Assembly: GCA_938074535.1 (NCBI GenBank)
Contig: CALJER010000008.1
Span: 44,954-108,953 of the forward strand
Length of the DNA: 64,000 nucleotides
Direction of reading: 5' to 3'
Origin: an uncultured archaeon
Lineage (GTDB): Archaea > Hadarchaeota > Hadarchaeia > Hadarchaeales > WYZ-LMO6
In this document: piece after piece, positions 1 through 8,493 of the stretch
How positions within the stretch are numbered: the first letter of the stretch is position 1
Layout of the letters: every line of letters starts with the position of its first letter
Program-made: the position numbers and the translations under genes
The notes under the pieces: generated by a model
Seen by the model: the letters and a program-made list of their open reading frames with translations, nothing else
Database searches by the model: none
What the model was told of the DNA's origin: nothing

Positions 1-76
1 TCCACTCTTCCAGCAGGGGATTGGAGATCCCCGAGGAGACCCGCTCCAGGGCTTCTAGACTTCCCACTTCAAACAT
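1..76 (-). CDS. 5' fragment of a gene running off the window, possibly a 2-hydroxyacyl-CoA dehydratase / benzoyl-CoA reductase subunit
   Basis: Manual translation from ATG at 76: MFEVGSLEALERVSSGISNPLLEEW..., open to the window edge and divergent from 126. NP..EEW resembles HgdB/BcrC N-termini, but only 25 codons are visible. Confidence 0.4.
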   Translation of the reverse strand, partial: MFEVGSLEALERVSSGISNPLLEEW

Positions 77-125
77 GGTTCTTGCGGGCATAAATCTTTT
101 TTTTTGAAGGGGCCAAGAAAAACCG

Positions 126-1322
126 ATGGGAGATAAGAAGGTGGTGGTCCTGGGAGGGGGCGGGGTGGTGGGAAGAACCGCCGTGAAGGACCTGGCCAAG
201 AGCGGGGTCTTCTCGGAGGTGGTGGTGGCCGACAAGGAGGTGGAGAAGGCGAGGGAGCACCTGGAGGGAGTTCCCCGCCTCTCCTTCGTGAAGGCAGACC
301 TCACGGAGTTGTCCATCCTCAGGGAGGTGATAAAGGGGGCGGACGTGGTTCTGAACACCGTAGGACCCTTTTACAAGTTCGGCCCCTTGCTCACGAGGGA
401 GGCCATACGGACCGGGGTGAACTACGTGGACATCTGCGACGACTACGAGGCCACGCTGGAGCAGCTGAAGATGGACGAGGAGGCGAGGAAGAGGGGTGTG
501 ACCGTCCTCACGGGCATGGGCTCTTCACCCGGCGTGGCCAACGTGGTGGCCAAGTTCTGCTCCCAGTTGCTGGACCAGCCGGAGGAGATCCACATCTACC
601 ACATCCACGGGGGGGAGCCGGAAGAGGGGCCCGGGGTGATCTACCACCGCATCCACTACATGACGGGAAAAATCCCCATGCTGAAGGATGGGAAGATGGT
701 GTACTTCGGGTTCTTCAGTGAGGAAGGGAGAAGGGAAATAGAGGAAGTGGACTTCTACGAGCCCATAGGGGTGGCGAAGGTTTACCCCTACCCGCACCCG
801 GAGACCATCACCCTCCCCAGGTACATCCCGGGCCTCAGGAAGGTCACCAACAAAGGGTCCGTCCTACCCCTGGAATACTACGAACTGCTGCGGGAGGCCG
901 TGAAGATGGGTTTAGCCGATGAGAAGCCCCTGAAGGTGGGAGGGGCCTCCGTGGCCCCCATCGACTTCCTGGTCTCCTTCGTCCTCTCCAAGAGGAAGGA
1001 ATATGCGAGCAGGCTGCCTGAACCCGTGGGTTGCCTGAAGATCGTGGTGAGGGGGAGAAAGGGGGGAAAGAGGATGGAGTACAGGTTCGCCATCCCCTCC
1101 AGGGGTGCGGGTATGGGGGAGGGAACGGCCATTCCCGCCTCGGTGGGCACGCAGATGGTGGCCAGAGGGGAGATCGAGGAGAAAGGGGTCCTCCCCCCGG
1201 AGGCCTGCGTGGATCCCATGAAATTCTTCGAGGAGGCGAGGAGCAGGGAGGGGATGGGCGGCGTCAGGATCATCTTCGAGAGCGTGGACGAGGAGGGGAG
1301 GGTGACCAGCATACCCCTTTGA
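126..1322 (+). CDS. Saccharopine dehydrogenase-like NAD(P)-dependent oxidoreductase (lysine 6-dehydrogenase / carboxynorspermidine synthase family)
   Basis: Rossmann VVLGGGGVVG, NTVGPFY, YVDICDD, GMGSSPG, HPETITLP, GVLPPE motifs. Confidence 0.85.
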   Translation: MGDKKVVVLGGGGVVGRTAVKDLAKSGVFSEVVVADKEVEKAREHLEGVPRLSFVKADLTELSILREVIKGADVVLNTVGPFYKFGPLLTREAIRTGVNYVDICDDYEATLEQLKMDEEARKRGVTVLTGMGSSPGVANVVAKFCSQLLDQPEEIHIYHIHGGEPEEGPGVIYHRIHYMTGKIPMLKDGKMVYFGFFSEEGRREIEEVDFYEPIGVAKVYPYPHPETITLPRYIPGLRKVTNKGSVLPLEYYELLREAVKMGLADEKPLKVGGASVAPIDFLVSFVLSKRKEYASRLPEPVGCLKIVVRGRKGGKRMEYRFAIPSRGAGMGEGTAIPASVGTQMVARGEIEEKGVLPPEACVDPMKFFEEARSREGMGGVRIIFESVDEEGRVTSIPL

Positions 1323-1359
1323 CCCAAGCCTTTTTTTCCTCCAGAAAACCACTCTTTTG

Positions 1360-2658
1360 ATGTTCAAGTGGAGGGAAAAGGAGTACGAGGAGCTTGAGGC
1401 TCAGCCCGAGGCCCTCCCCGAGGGGGTGGATCCCGAGGAATACGTCATCGCCACCTACTTCCTCTCCCTCCCCTCCGCCCTGGATCCCTGGGAGGTGGCT
1501 AGGGCCCTGGCCATAGAGCAGAGCACGGGAACCTGGGTGCCCGTTCCCGGGGAGACCCCCGAGGTGAGGAAGAAGCACGTGGCCAAAGTGGTGGGACTGT
1601 ACGAGGCCCCCTATCCGGAAGTCCTCTCCCCCACGGAGGCCAGGGAGAGGAACTATGTGGTGCAAATCGCCTTCCCGCAGGTGAATTTCGGGAAACAGAT
1701 CCCCATGCTCCTCTCCACGGTGGCGGGGAACCTGATGTGCTGGGAGAAGATCAAGCTCCTGGACCTCCGCTTCCCCAAGAGCTTCGTGGAGGGCTTCGGG
1801 GGCCCCAAGTTCGGGATAGAGGGGATAAGGAAGCTGCTGGGAGTGGAGGAGAGGCCCCTGATCAACAACATGATCAAGCCCTGCACCGGCTTTACACCCG
1901 ACGTGGGTGCGAGGCTGGCCTACGAAGCGGCGGTAGGGGGAGTGGACATGATCAAGGACGACGAGCTACTGGGCAACCCCTCCTTTAACCCCATAGAGGA
2001 GAGGGTGCCGAAGTACATGGAGGCTCTGGACAGGGCGAACAGGGAAAAGGGGGAAAAGACCCTCTACACGGTCAACATCACGGACGAGGCCTCCAGGGTG
2101 ATGGAGAACGCGGACAGGGCCATAGAGCTTGGGGCGAACGCCCTCATGATCAACTATCTCACCGCCGGAATCTCCCTGCTCAGGGAGCTGGCGGAGGATC
2201 CAAGCATCAACGTCCCCATCCTGGCCCACATGGACTTCTCCGGCACCATGTACGTCTCCCCCTACTCAGGCCTCTCCTCCTCGCTCCTGCTGGGGAAGCT
2301 GCCCAGGCTGGCGGGTGCCGACATCTTGGTCTACCCAGCACCCTACGGGAAGGCCCCCTTCATGAAGGAGAGATACGTGAGGATAGCCCACCACCTGACC
2401 TTTCCCCTCTACCACCTCCGCCCCACCTTCCCCATGCCCAGCGGGGGGATCACGCCCTCCATGGTGCCCGAGGTGGTGGGGGATCTGGGGAAGGACATCG
2501 TGATAGGGACGGGGGGAGGGATCCACGCCCACCCCATGGGTCCCAGGGCCGGAGCCAGGGCCTTCAGGCTGGCGGTGGAGGCGGTGATGAGGGGGATGAG
2601 CCTGCAGGAGATGGCCAAGGAGCACGAGGAGCTGAGGGTGGCCCTGCAGATGGGCTGA
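1360..2658 (+). CDS. RuBisCO-like protein (form IV RLP)
   Basis: AIEQSTGTW, GPKFG, IKPCTG, DMIKDDE (carbamylated Lys motif), MPSGG, GGGIHAHP. K177, R295 and H327 equivalents are substituted. Confidence 0.92.
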   Translation: MFKWREKEYEELEAQPEALPEGVDPEEYVIATYFLSLPSALDPWEVARALAIEQSTGTWVPVPGETPEVRKKHVAKVVGLYEAPYPEVLSPTEARERNYVVQIAFPQVNFGKQIPMLLSTVAGNLMCWEKIKLLDLRFPKSFVEGFGGPKFGIEGIRKLLGVEERPLINNMIKPCTGFTPDVGARLAYEAAVGGVDMIKDDELLGNPSFNPIEERVPKYMEALDRANREKGEKTLYTVNITDEASRVMENADRAIELGANALMINYLTAGISLLRELAEDPSINVPILAHMDFSGTMYVSPYSGLSSSLLLGKLPRLAGADILVYPAPYGKAPFMKERYVRIAHHLTFPLYHLRPTFPMPSGGITPSMVPEVVGDLGKDIVIGTGGGIHAHPMGPRAGARAFRLAVEAVMRGMSLQEMAKEHEELRVALQMG

Positions 2659-2667
2659 GGGGGTTCC

Positions 2668-4167
2668 TTGGGGTACATCCTGGCCCACGACCTGGGGACG
2701 GAGCTCAACAAGGCCGCCCTGGTGGACGAGGAAGGGAGGATAGTCGCCTACTGTACCCAGGAGTACCCCGTCTCCTATCCCAGGCCGGGGTGGGCGGAGC
2801 AGGATCCGGAGCTCTGGTGGGAGGCCGTCAGGGAAACCACGAAAAAGGTGCTGGAGCTGGCGGGGATCAAACCGGGAGAGGTGGAGGCGCTGGTCTTCGA
2901 CAGCATGATGTACACGCTGGTGGCGGTGGACCGGGGAGGAAGACCGCTCAGGCCGGCCATCCTCTGGCTCGACACCAGGGCGAAGGCCCAGGCGGAGGAG
3001 CTGATGGGAAGCCTGGACCTGCTGGGGATGCTGGAGAGGGGGGTGATCCCGCCCACCTCGGCCAAGGACATCACCCCGAAGATCCTGTGGGTGAAGCAGG
3101 AGGAGCCGCACGTTTTCGAGAAGGCCTGCTTCATCGACAGCAAGGACTACCTGGTCCACCGGTGCGTGGGGGAGTTCTACACCGACTGGAGCTGCGCCAG
3201 CCTCTTCTGCCTCTTCAACTTCAGGGAGAAGAGGTGGGAGGAGGAGCTGGTGGAGGAAATGGGCCTTTCCCTGGAAAGGCTCTCCAGGCCCGTGAAGAGC
3301 ACGGAGGTGGTGGGGAACCTCACGGAGGAAGCCTCCAGGGAGCTTGGACTGCCCAGGAAGGTGGAGGTGGTGTGCGGGTCCGGGGACGCCACCGCGGTGG
3401 CGGTGGGAGCGGGGGGACCCCACCTGTACGTGGGGACCTCGGCCTGGATAGGTGCCCACGTGGAGGAGCCCCTCTTCGACCTGACCGGCGTGGGCAGCAT
3501 CTGCTCCGCCGATCCCTCCAGGTTCTTCCTGATAGGGGAGATGGAGAACGCCGGGGCCTGCCTGAAGTGGTTCAGGGAGACCCTGGCCAGGGAGGAGAAG
3601 GAAAGGGCGGAGAAGGAGGGAAAAGGCCCCTACCAGCTGCTGGACGAGCTGGCCTCCGGTGCGGAGGCCGGGTCGGGGAAGCTCCTCTTCCTCCCCTGGA
3701 TGATGGGGGAGAGGTGCCCCTTCACCCAGTCCACCGCCAGGGGGGCCTTCCTGAACCTCACCTTCGGGCACACCAAAGGGCACCTGGTGAGGGCGGTGCT
3801 GGAAGGGGTGGCCTACCACATGAGGTGGATCCTGGAGGTGGTGGAAGGGATGGGGCTCTCCCTCCCCTCCATCAGGGCCTGCGGCGGAGGGGCTAAGAGC
3901 GGGGTCTGGCTCCAGATCTTCGCCGACGTGATGGGGAGGAAGGTGGAGAGGGTCTCCTCCCCGCACCACGTGGGCTCGCTGGGAGCCGCCACCCTTGCCA
4001 GGGTAGGTCTGGGAAAGACGGACTTTTCCTCGGCGGAGAGGTCCGTGAAGGTGGAGGGGGAGTTCCTCCCCTCGGAGGAAAACCGGGACATCTACGACAG
4101 GATGTACGAGGAGTTCAGGGGGATGCAGGGGAGGCTGTCGGAGGTCTTCGAGCGCCTCAACACCTAG
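2668..4167 (+). CDS. FGGY-family carbohydrate kinase (xylulokinase-like)
   Basis: AHDLGT, PGWAEQDP, ILWLDTR, FLPWMMGERCP, RAVLEGVA, GGGAKS. TTG start 9 nt after the RLP stop. Confidence 0.9.
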   Translation: MGYILAHDLGTELNKAALVDEEGRIVAYCTQEYPVSYPRPGWAEQDPELWWEAVRETTKKVLELAGIKPGEVEALVFDSMMYTLVAVDRGGRPLRPAILWLDTRAKAQAEELMGSLDLLGMLERGVIPPTSAKDITPKILWVKQEEPHVFEKACFIDSKDYLVHRCVGEFYTDWSCASLFCLFNFREKRWEEELVEEMGLSLERLSRPVKSTEVVGNLTEEASRELGLPRKVEVVCGSGDATAVAVGAGGPHLYVGTSAWIGAHVEEPLFDLTGVGSICSADPSRFFLIGEMENAGACLKWFRETLAREEKERAEKEGKGPYQLLDELASGAEAGSGKLLFLPWMMGERCPFTQSTARGAFLNLTFGHTKGHLVRAVLEGVAYHMRWILEVVEGMGLSLPSIRACGGGAKSGVWLQIFADVMGRKVERVSSPHHVGSLGAATLARVGLGKTDFSSAERSVKVEGEFLPSEENRDIYDRMYEEFRGMQGRLSEVFERLNT

Positions 4168-4586
4168 ATGTCCACGACCGCCTGGACGACCGTCCTGTCC
4201 TTCCCCCTCCTGACCTCCATCAGGTGGTAGGTCACGGCCTTGACCGCCGTTCTTCCCTCGTGCTTCCTCGGATCGAACCTCTCCCCCCAGGCCCTCCCCC
4301 TCAGCTTCCACCTGCCGCCCTCCTCCTCCACCTCCACACGGAAGCGGGAGAAGAGGAGGCCTTCGGCGTCCCTGAAGTAGAGGAGCCTGTCCAGCCAGTC
4401 GTAGAGGAGGGCCTGCTCGTCCTCCGCCTCCAGCTCCACCCCCACCTCCTCCCGAGCCTCCACCCTGCCCGTGTCCGTCATGACCTCGAAGAGGGCCAGG
4501 GCAGCGTTCTCGAAGGCCTCCCCCAGGTCCCTACCGTAGGCCCTGAAGCCCACGTCCGAGGGATGCTCCACCCACTCGAACTTCAT
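4164..4586 (-). CDS. Archease (RtcB tRNA ligase cofactor)
   Basis: EHPSDVG N-terminus, VKAVTYH, C-terminal VVDI. Start set at ATG 4586. Confidence 0.92.
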   Translation of the reverse strand: MKFEWVEHPSDVGFRAYGRDLGEAFENAALALFEVMTDTGRVEAREEVGVELEAEDEQALLYDWLDRLLYFRDAEGLLFSRFRVEVEEEGGRWKLRGRAWGERFDPRKHEGRTAVKAVTYHLMEVRRGKDRTVVQAVVDI

Positions 4587-4617
4587 CTTCCCAGCTTGGA
4601 GGATGGGGGGTAAAGGG

Positions 4618-5019
4618 TCATCGGCGGCCCCTCCTCTCCCTCTCCAGCAGCCTTCCAAGCTTCTCGTCCAGCTCCCTGATCCTTGCCTCCAGCGCCTCCG
4701 TCCCGGGAAGGCTGGTGCCGCGGAGGATGAGGCCTGCCAGCAGACCTATGAGGCTGGCGTAGAGACAAATCCCGGAGACCATCAGACCCATCGCCAGGAC
4801 CTTTCCCCCCGTGGTCACCACCACGATGCTCCCGAAGCCCACCGTGCTCTCGATGGAGAGGGCCAGGAAGAGGGCGTCCAGGAAACCCTTCAGGTTGGGG
4901 TTCTCGCCGCGCTCCACCGCATAGAGCACCAGCGCCCCCACCACCGTCACGAGAAGGAAGACCAGAACCACATAGCCCAGCCTGCTTCTCCTCAGAAAGC
5001 CCAGCACCCTTCTCACCAA
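4618..5019 (-). CDS. Small two-TM potassium channel (KcsA-like pore)
   Basis: Two hydrophobic helices flanking pore helix FLDALFLALS and filter STVGFG, with a C-terminal coiled-coil-like tail. Confidence 0.8.
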   Translation of the reverse strand: MVRRVLGFLRRSRLGYVVLVFLLVTVVGALVLYAVERGENPNLKGFLDALFLALSIESTVGFGSIVVVTTGGKVLAMGLMVSGICLYASLIGLLAGLILRGTSLPGTEALEARIRELDEKLGRLLERERRGRR

Positions 5020-5064
5020 CCTCCCACATCCTGGATGTTTGGGCCTTCCTAAATACTCCGGTGA

Positions 5065-6192
5065 TCAGCCCTTGAACTTCACGAACCTCTTCCACACCTC
5101 CCTGGCCTTCGGATGGTGGAGATGGTCCAAAGCCGTGCCCCTTGCCTCCCTTATCCCCATCCAGTCCACCAGCTCCCTGAACCTTCCTCCCGCCAGCCCA
5201 TCCGCCACCAGGGCGTAGCCCTGCGCCGTTTCCTTGGTGAGCCTCGCCCCCTCCAGTCCACCCACTTCCCTGATCCCGCCCAGCCTGCGCTCCAGCTCCT
5301 CCCTGATCCTCCCTATCCTCGCTAGCCTCCCGGAGACCAGGAGCTCCCTCGCCCCCCCGACCGAGACCCTCATGGAAGCCACGGCCTTCTCTATTCCCTC
5401 CATCATAGCCTCAAAAGCCAGCTCGAACCTCTCCCCCCTTCCCTCCGCGAACCTCTCGGGGTCCATTTCCCCCGTGATGGTGGCCGCGCCCCCCACGAAG
5501 ACATCCCCCCTCTCCCACCTCCCCACCAGCTGCACCAGCTCCCCATCGAAAGAGGAAGCCGTGAGGAAGCCTATTCCGGGAAAGGTGGTTCCCCCTATCC
5601 CGTCCACGATCCTCCCTCCCTCCACGCCCAGCACCGCGTTGTAACCGAACCCCAGCTCTGCCAGGATGAAGGAGACCTCCCCGTAGGGGATGCCGAGCCT
5701 GGAGGCCTGGGAGTGGACACCCAGCACCGCCACCGCCATCTTGTCCGCCGTCCCCATGTCCAGCTTGTTGACCTTCCTGAACTCTGGGACCGTGGGCAGC
5801 TCCACCACCGAGGGGATGAAGACCACCGGAAGTCCCTCCCTCCTCATCCAGAGGCAGGCCTCCGTCATGTTCTTGTAGAGGACCGCGCCGAAGAGCCCCT
5901 GCTCGATGGCCTTCAGGACCTCCTCCTTGGTGGTGAGGAGGATGTAGTTGTAGTACCACTGCTCGAACCTCTCCTCCGGAACCTCCTCTATCCTCGTCAG
6001 CTCCACCCCGTACCCGGAGGGTCCGGCGATGAGGTCCACGGGGAGGGCCTCCTCAACCGCCTCCCTGAAGAGCTCTGGCCTCCTCACCAGCTCGGCGTTG
6101 TCCAGCGATCTCTCGTAGACCACCCTGCCGTCCTCCAGACCGCAGAGGTCCATGCTCTTGGTCCCGGGGTCTATCCCCAGCACCCTCACCAT
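5065..6192 (-). CDS. DUF1464 family protein (ASKHA / butyrate-kinase-like)
   Basis: GIDPGTKS, AGPSGYG, NKLDMGTADK, ELGFGYNA, DGIGGT. Confidence 0.85.
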   Translation of the reverse strand: MVRVLGIDPGTKSMDLCGLEDGRVVYERSLDNAELVRRPELFREAVEEALPVDLIAGPSGYGVELTRIEEVPEERFEQWYYNYILLTTKEEVLKAIEQGLFGAVLYKNMTEACLWMRREGLPVVFIPSVVELPTVPEFRKVNKLDMGTADKMAVAVLGVHSQASRLGIPYGEVSFILAELGFGYNAVLGVEGGRIVDGIGGTTFPGIGFLTASSFDGELVQLVGRWERGDVFVGGAATITGEMDPERFAEGRGERFELAFEAMMEGIEKAVASMRVSVGGARELLVSGRLARIGRIREELERRLGGIREVGGLEGARLTKETAQGYALVADGLAGGRFRELVDWMGIREARGTALDHLHHPKAREVWKRFVKFKG

Positions 6193-6207
6193 CGAGTCCC
6201 CTCCCTC

Positions 6208-6546
6208 CTAGGTCCCCTCCAGCCTTATCCTGTGCCCCACCCTCACCCCTCCCCTCCTGAGGGTGTCCGGAGGAAACTCCAGCAGGACCTCGGAGCCCCT
6301 CGGGGCCAGGCAGAACCTCCAGGGCTTCATCCTCCTCACCACCTTCACCGCCCTGCCGTCCTTCAGGAAGAGGAGGTCCAGGGGGAAGCGCATGAGGCAG
6401 GTGTGAACGTGCAGACTTCCCCCCCTGAAGAGGAGGGTGGTGGGCTCCTTCCTGAGCATCTGACCCTTCAGCCTCTTCCAGAAGCCCTCCGCCCTCTCCA
6501 CCTCCTCCGCCAGCACGCGACCCGTGTCCTCATCCACCACCTTCAT
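6208..6546 (-). CDS. DUF192 family protein
   Basis: A..FWKRLKG.M, HTCLMRFPLDLLFL, KPWR, VLLE pattern. Confidence 0.8.
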   Translation of the reverse strand: MKVVDEDTGRVLAEEVERAEGFWKRLKGQMLRKEPTTLLFRGGSLHVHTCLMRFPLDLLFLKDGRAVKVVRRMKPWRFCLAPRGSEVLLEFPPDTLRRGGVRVGHRIRLEGT

Positions 6547-6607
6547 CGATGAACCACCAGATTTTCCCTCACATAACCCTTAAGGAGAGGGGGGTGAAAG
6601 GAGAAAG

Positions 6608-7378
6608 ATGGAAACCGAGATCGCCTCCAGGATCATAAAGGAGTTCTGCCAGGACCTGCTGGAGAGCCTGAAGCTGGACGTGGTGGTGGCCGGGGCGGGT
6701 CCAGCTGGGCTCACCGCGGCGAGGTACCTGGCCAGGAGAGGGAGGAAGGTGGCCGTGTTTGAGAGGAACCTCTGGGTGGGGGGAGGAATGTGGGGCGGAG
6801 GGATCCTCTTCCCAAAGCTCGTCGTGGAAAGGGAGGCCGCGCCCCTCCTCCAGGAGGCGGGAGTGAGGCTGAGGGGGGAGGGTCCCCTCCTGACGGCGGA
6901 TGCGGTGGAGGTGGTGGCCAAGTGCACCTCCTCAGCCCTGGAAGCCGGTGCCAGGATCTTCGTGGGGATGGAGGTGGAGGACCTGGTGGTGAGGAACTCC
7001 AGGGTCTGTGGGGTGGTCCTGAACTGGAGGGCCGTGAATCTGGCCAGGATGCATGTGGACCCCATAGGGGTGGAGGCCGGGGTGGTAATCGATGCCACGG
7101 GGCACGAGGCCTTCCTGGCGAGGGTCCTGGAGAGGAAGGTACCGGGCGTGAGGTTCCCCACCCCCACCGGGAAAATCGTGGGGGAGGGACCCATGGACGC
7201 TGAAAAAGCTGAGAAGGAAATTGTGGAGAACACGAAGGAGATCTACCCCGGACTGGTGGTGGCGGGGATGACGGCCGGAGCCGTCTTCGGCTCTCCCAGA
7301 ATGGGTCCCGTCTTTGGGGGGATGCTGCTCTCGGGGAGGAAAGCCGCCGAGCTCGCCCTGAAGCTCCTGCGGGCCTGA
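6608..7378 (+). CDS. thi4: Sulfide-dependent adenosine diphosphate thiazole synthase
   Basis: VAGAGPAGL, GGGMWGGG, MHVDP, DATGH, PRMGPVFGGMLLSG. Confidence 0.93.
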   Translation: METEIASRIIKEFCQDLLESLKLDVVVAGAGPAGLTAARYLARRGRKVAVFERNLWVGGGMWGGGILFPKLVVEREAAPLLQEAGVRLRGEGPLLTADAVEVVAKCTSSALEAGARIFVGMEVEDLVVRNSRVCGVVLNWRAVNLARMHVDPIGVEAGVVIDATGHEAFLARVLERKVPGVRFPTPTGKIVGEGPMDAEKAEKEIVENTKEIYPGLVVAGMTAGAVFGSPRMGPVFGGMLLSGRKAAELALKLLRA

Positions 7379-7423
7379 GCCCCTCAGGGCTGCCAGCGGC
7401 GACCAAAGCAGGGATGGGGAAGG

Positions 7424-7508
7424 CGCCGGGGGAGGGATTTGAACCCTCGGGACCCAAAGGGTCACACGCTCTCAAGGCGTGCGCCTTACCTGGCTTGGCT
7501 ACCCCGGC
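7424..7508 (-). tRNA. tRNA-Ser (anticodon TGA)
   Basis: Reverse complement GCCGGGGTAGCCAAGCCAGGTAAGGCG-CACGC-CT-TGA-GA-GCGTG, long variable arm, GGTTCAAATCC, CCCCGGC-G. No intron. Confidence 0.95.
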
Positions 7509-7581
7509 CCAGAAAAACTTGGAAGGGGAGGGTATAGAGCTGACGAAAACCTCTTTTAGTCGGGACCGCCCCGGTGGAAGG

Positions 7582-7917
7582 ATGGGAGCCGGGCTGGGGG
7601 ACATTTCCAGGCTGGCCTGGTATCTGGAGCTGCTGGCCTTTTTCTGCGTGGGATTGGGGGTGGTCCTGCTGGGCGTGGACGCGTACCTGGCGGGGGCCGC
7701 GCAGCAGCTCTCCGAGCTGGGGGCCGAGACGGAAGGGGTGGAGAGCACCCTCGACTCCGCCGTGGCGGTGGTCCTGATCCTGGGAACCATCATGCTGGTG
7801 TGCGGCGGGGGATGCTGGTACCTGAGCCACAGGATCCAGAAAATCATGGAGGAGTCCTCCGAGGACCTGAGAACCATAGAGGTGAGGAGGGCCTCCCGCC
7901 AGGCCCCGAGGGAGTAG
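7582..7917 (+). CDS. Small two-TM membrane protein, unknown function
   Basis: Two long hydrophobic stretches and host-like codon usage. Start moved to ATG 7582 to avoid the tRNA. Confidence 0.6.
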   Translation: MGAGLGDISRLAWYLELLAFFCVGLGVVLLGVDAYLAGAAQQLSELGAETEGVESTLDSAVAVVLILGTIMLVCGGGCWYLSHRIQKIMEESSEDLRTIEVRRASRQAPRE

Positions 7918-7931
7918 GTCCTCTCCCAAGG

Positions 7932-7962
7932 TTTATACATCGAAACCGATATCGAAAGTGAT
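7932..7962 (+). promoter_or_regulatory. TATA box plus putative PadR operator (two tandem 12-mers)
   Basis: TTTATA at 7932, then ATCGAAACCGAT (7939-7950) and ATCGAAAGTGAT (7951-7962) directly before the padR ATG. Confidence 0.65.
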
Positions 7963-8493
7963 ATGCTCGGGTGGATGCGGGGCAGGGCCGTGCCCAGGGG
8001 CCTGCTGCGCTACTACGTGCTGGAGTCCCTGGGCGAGAAACCCATGTCGGGCTCGGAGCTCATGGACGAGATCGAGGGGAGGAGCGAGGGGTGCTGGAGG
8101 CCCAGCCCAGGCTCCATCTATCCCCTGCTGGCCTGGCTCCAGGACACGGGTCACGTGGAGGAGATGCCGCGCGACCGGAGCGGAAGGAGGCGCTACAGGC
8201 TCACGCCCAAGGGGAAAAAGCTCCTCCGGGAGGAGAGGAGGGTGTGGACGAGGGTGGGGGGGACGGACTTCTTTGTCCCCCCCTTCGGCCCCCCCTGGCA
8301 CAGGCTGCCCCCCGAGAGGGCGGCGGAAATGAGGAGGGCGATGCGCAAGGTGGTGGTCGCCTTCATGGAAGCCATGGGAACCCTGGCGGAGGAAGCCTCG
8401 GAGGAGGCTCTGGAGGGGATGCGCAGGATCCTGGAGGAAACGGCTGAAAGGTTCGAGGAGGTGAGCCGGAAGCTCAGGGAGGGGAGGAAATGA
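7963..8493 (+). CDS. PadR-family transcriptional regulator
   Basis: LRYYVLESL..KPMSG.EL, WRPSPGSIYPLL, RRRYRLTPKG. Confidence 0.92.
   Translation: MLGWMRGRAVPRGLLRYYVLESLGEKPMSGSELMDEIEGRSEGCWRPSPGSIYPLLAWLQDTGHVEEMPRDRSGRRRYRLTPKGKKLLREERRVWTRVGGTDFFVPPFGPPWHRLPPERAAEMRRAMRKVVVAFMEAMGTLAEEASEEALEGMRRILEETAERFEEVSRKLREGRK

Noticed and set aside
1360-2658. Bona fide form III RuBisCO / CO2 fixation
   Set aside because: K177, R295 and H327 equivalents are substituted, and no AMP phosphorylase, R15P isomerase or PRK is adjacent.
7414-7581. N-terminal part of the 167-aa ORF, and tRNA-Ser as an integration site
   Set aside because: The ORF segment overlaps the tRNA on the other strand. No duplicated tRNA 3' end or integrase was seen.
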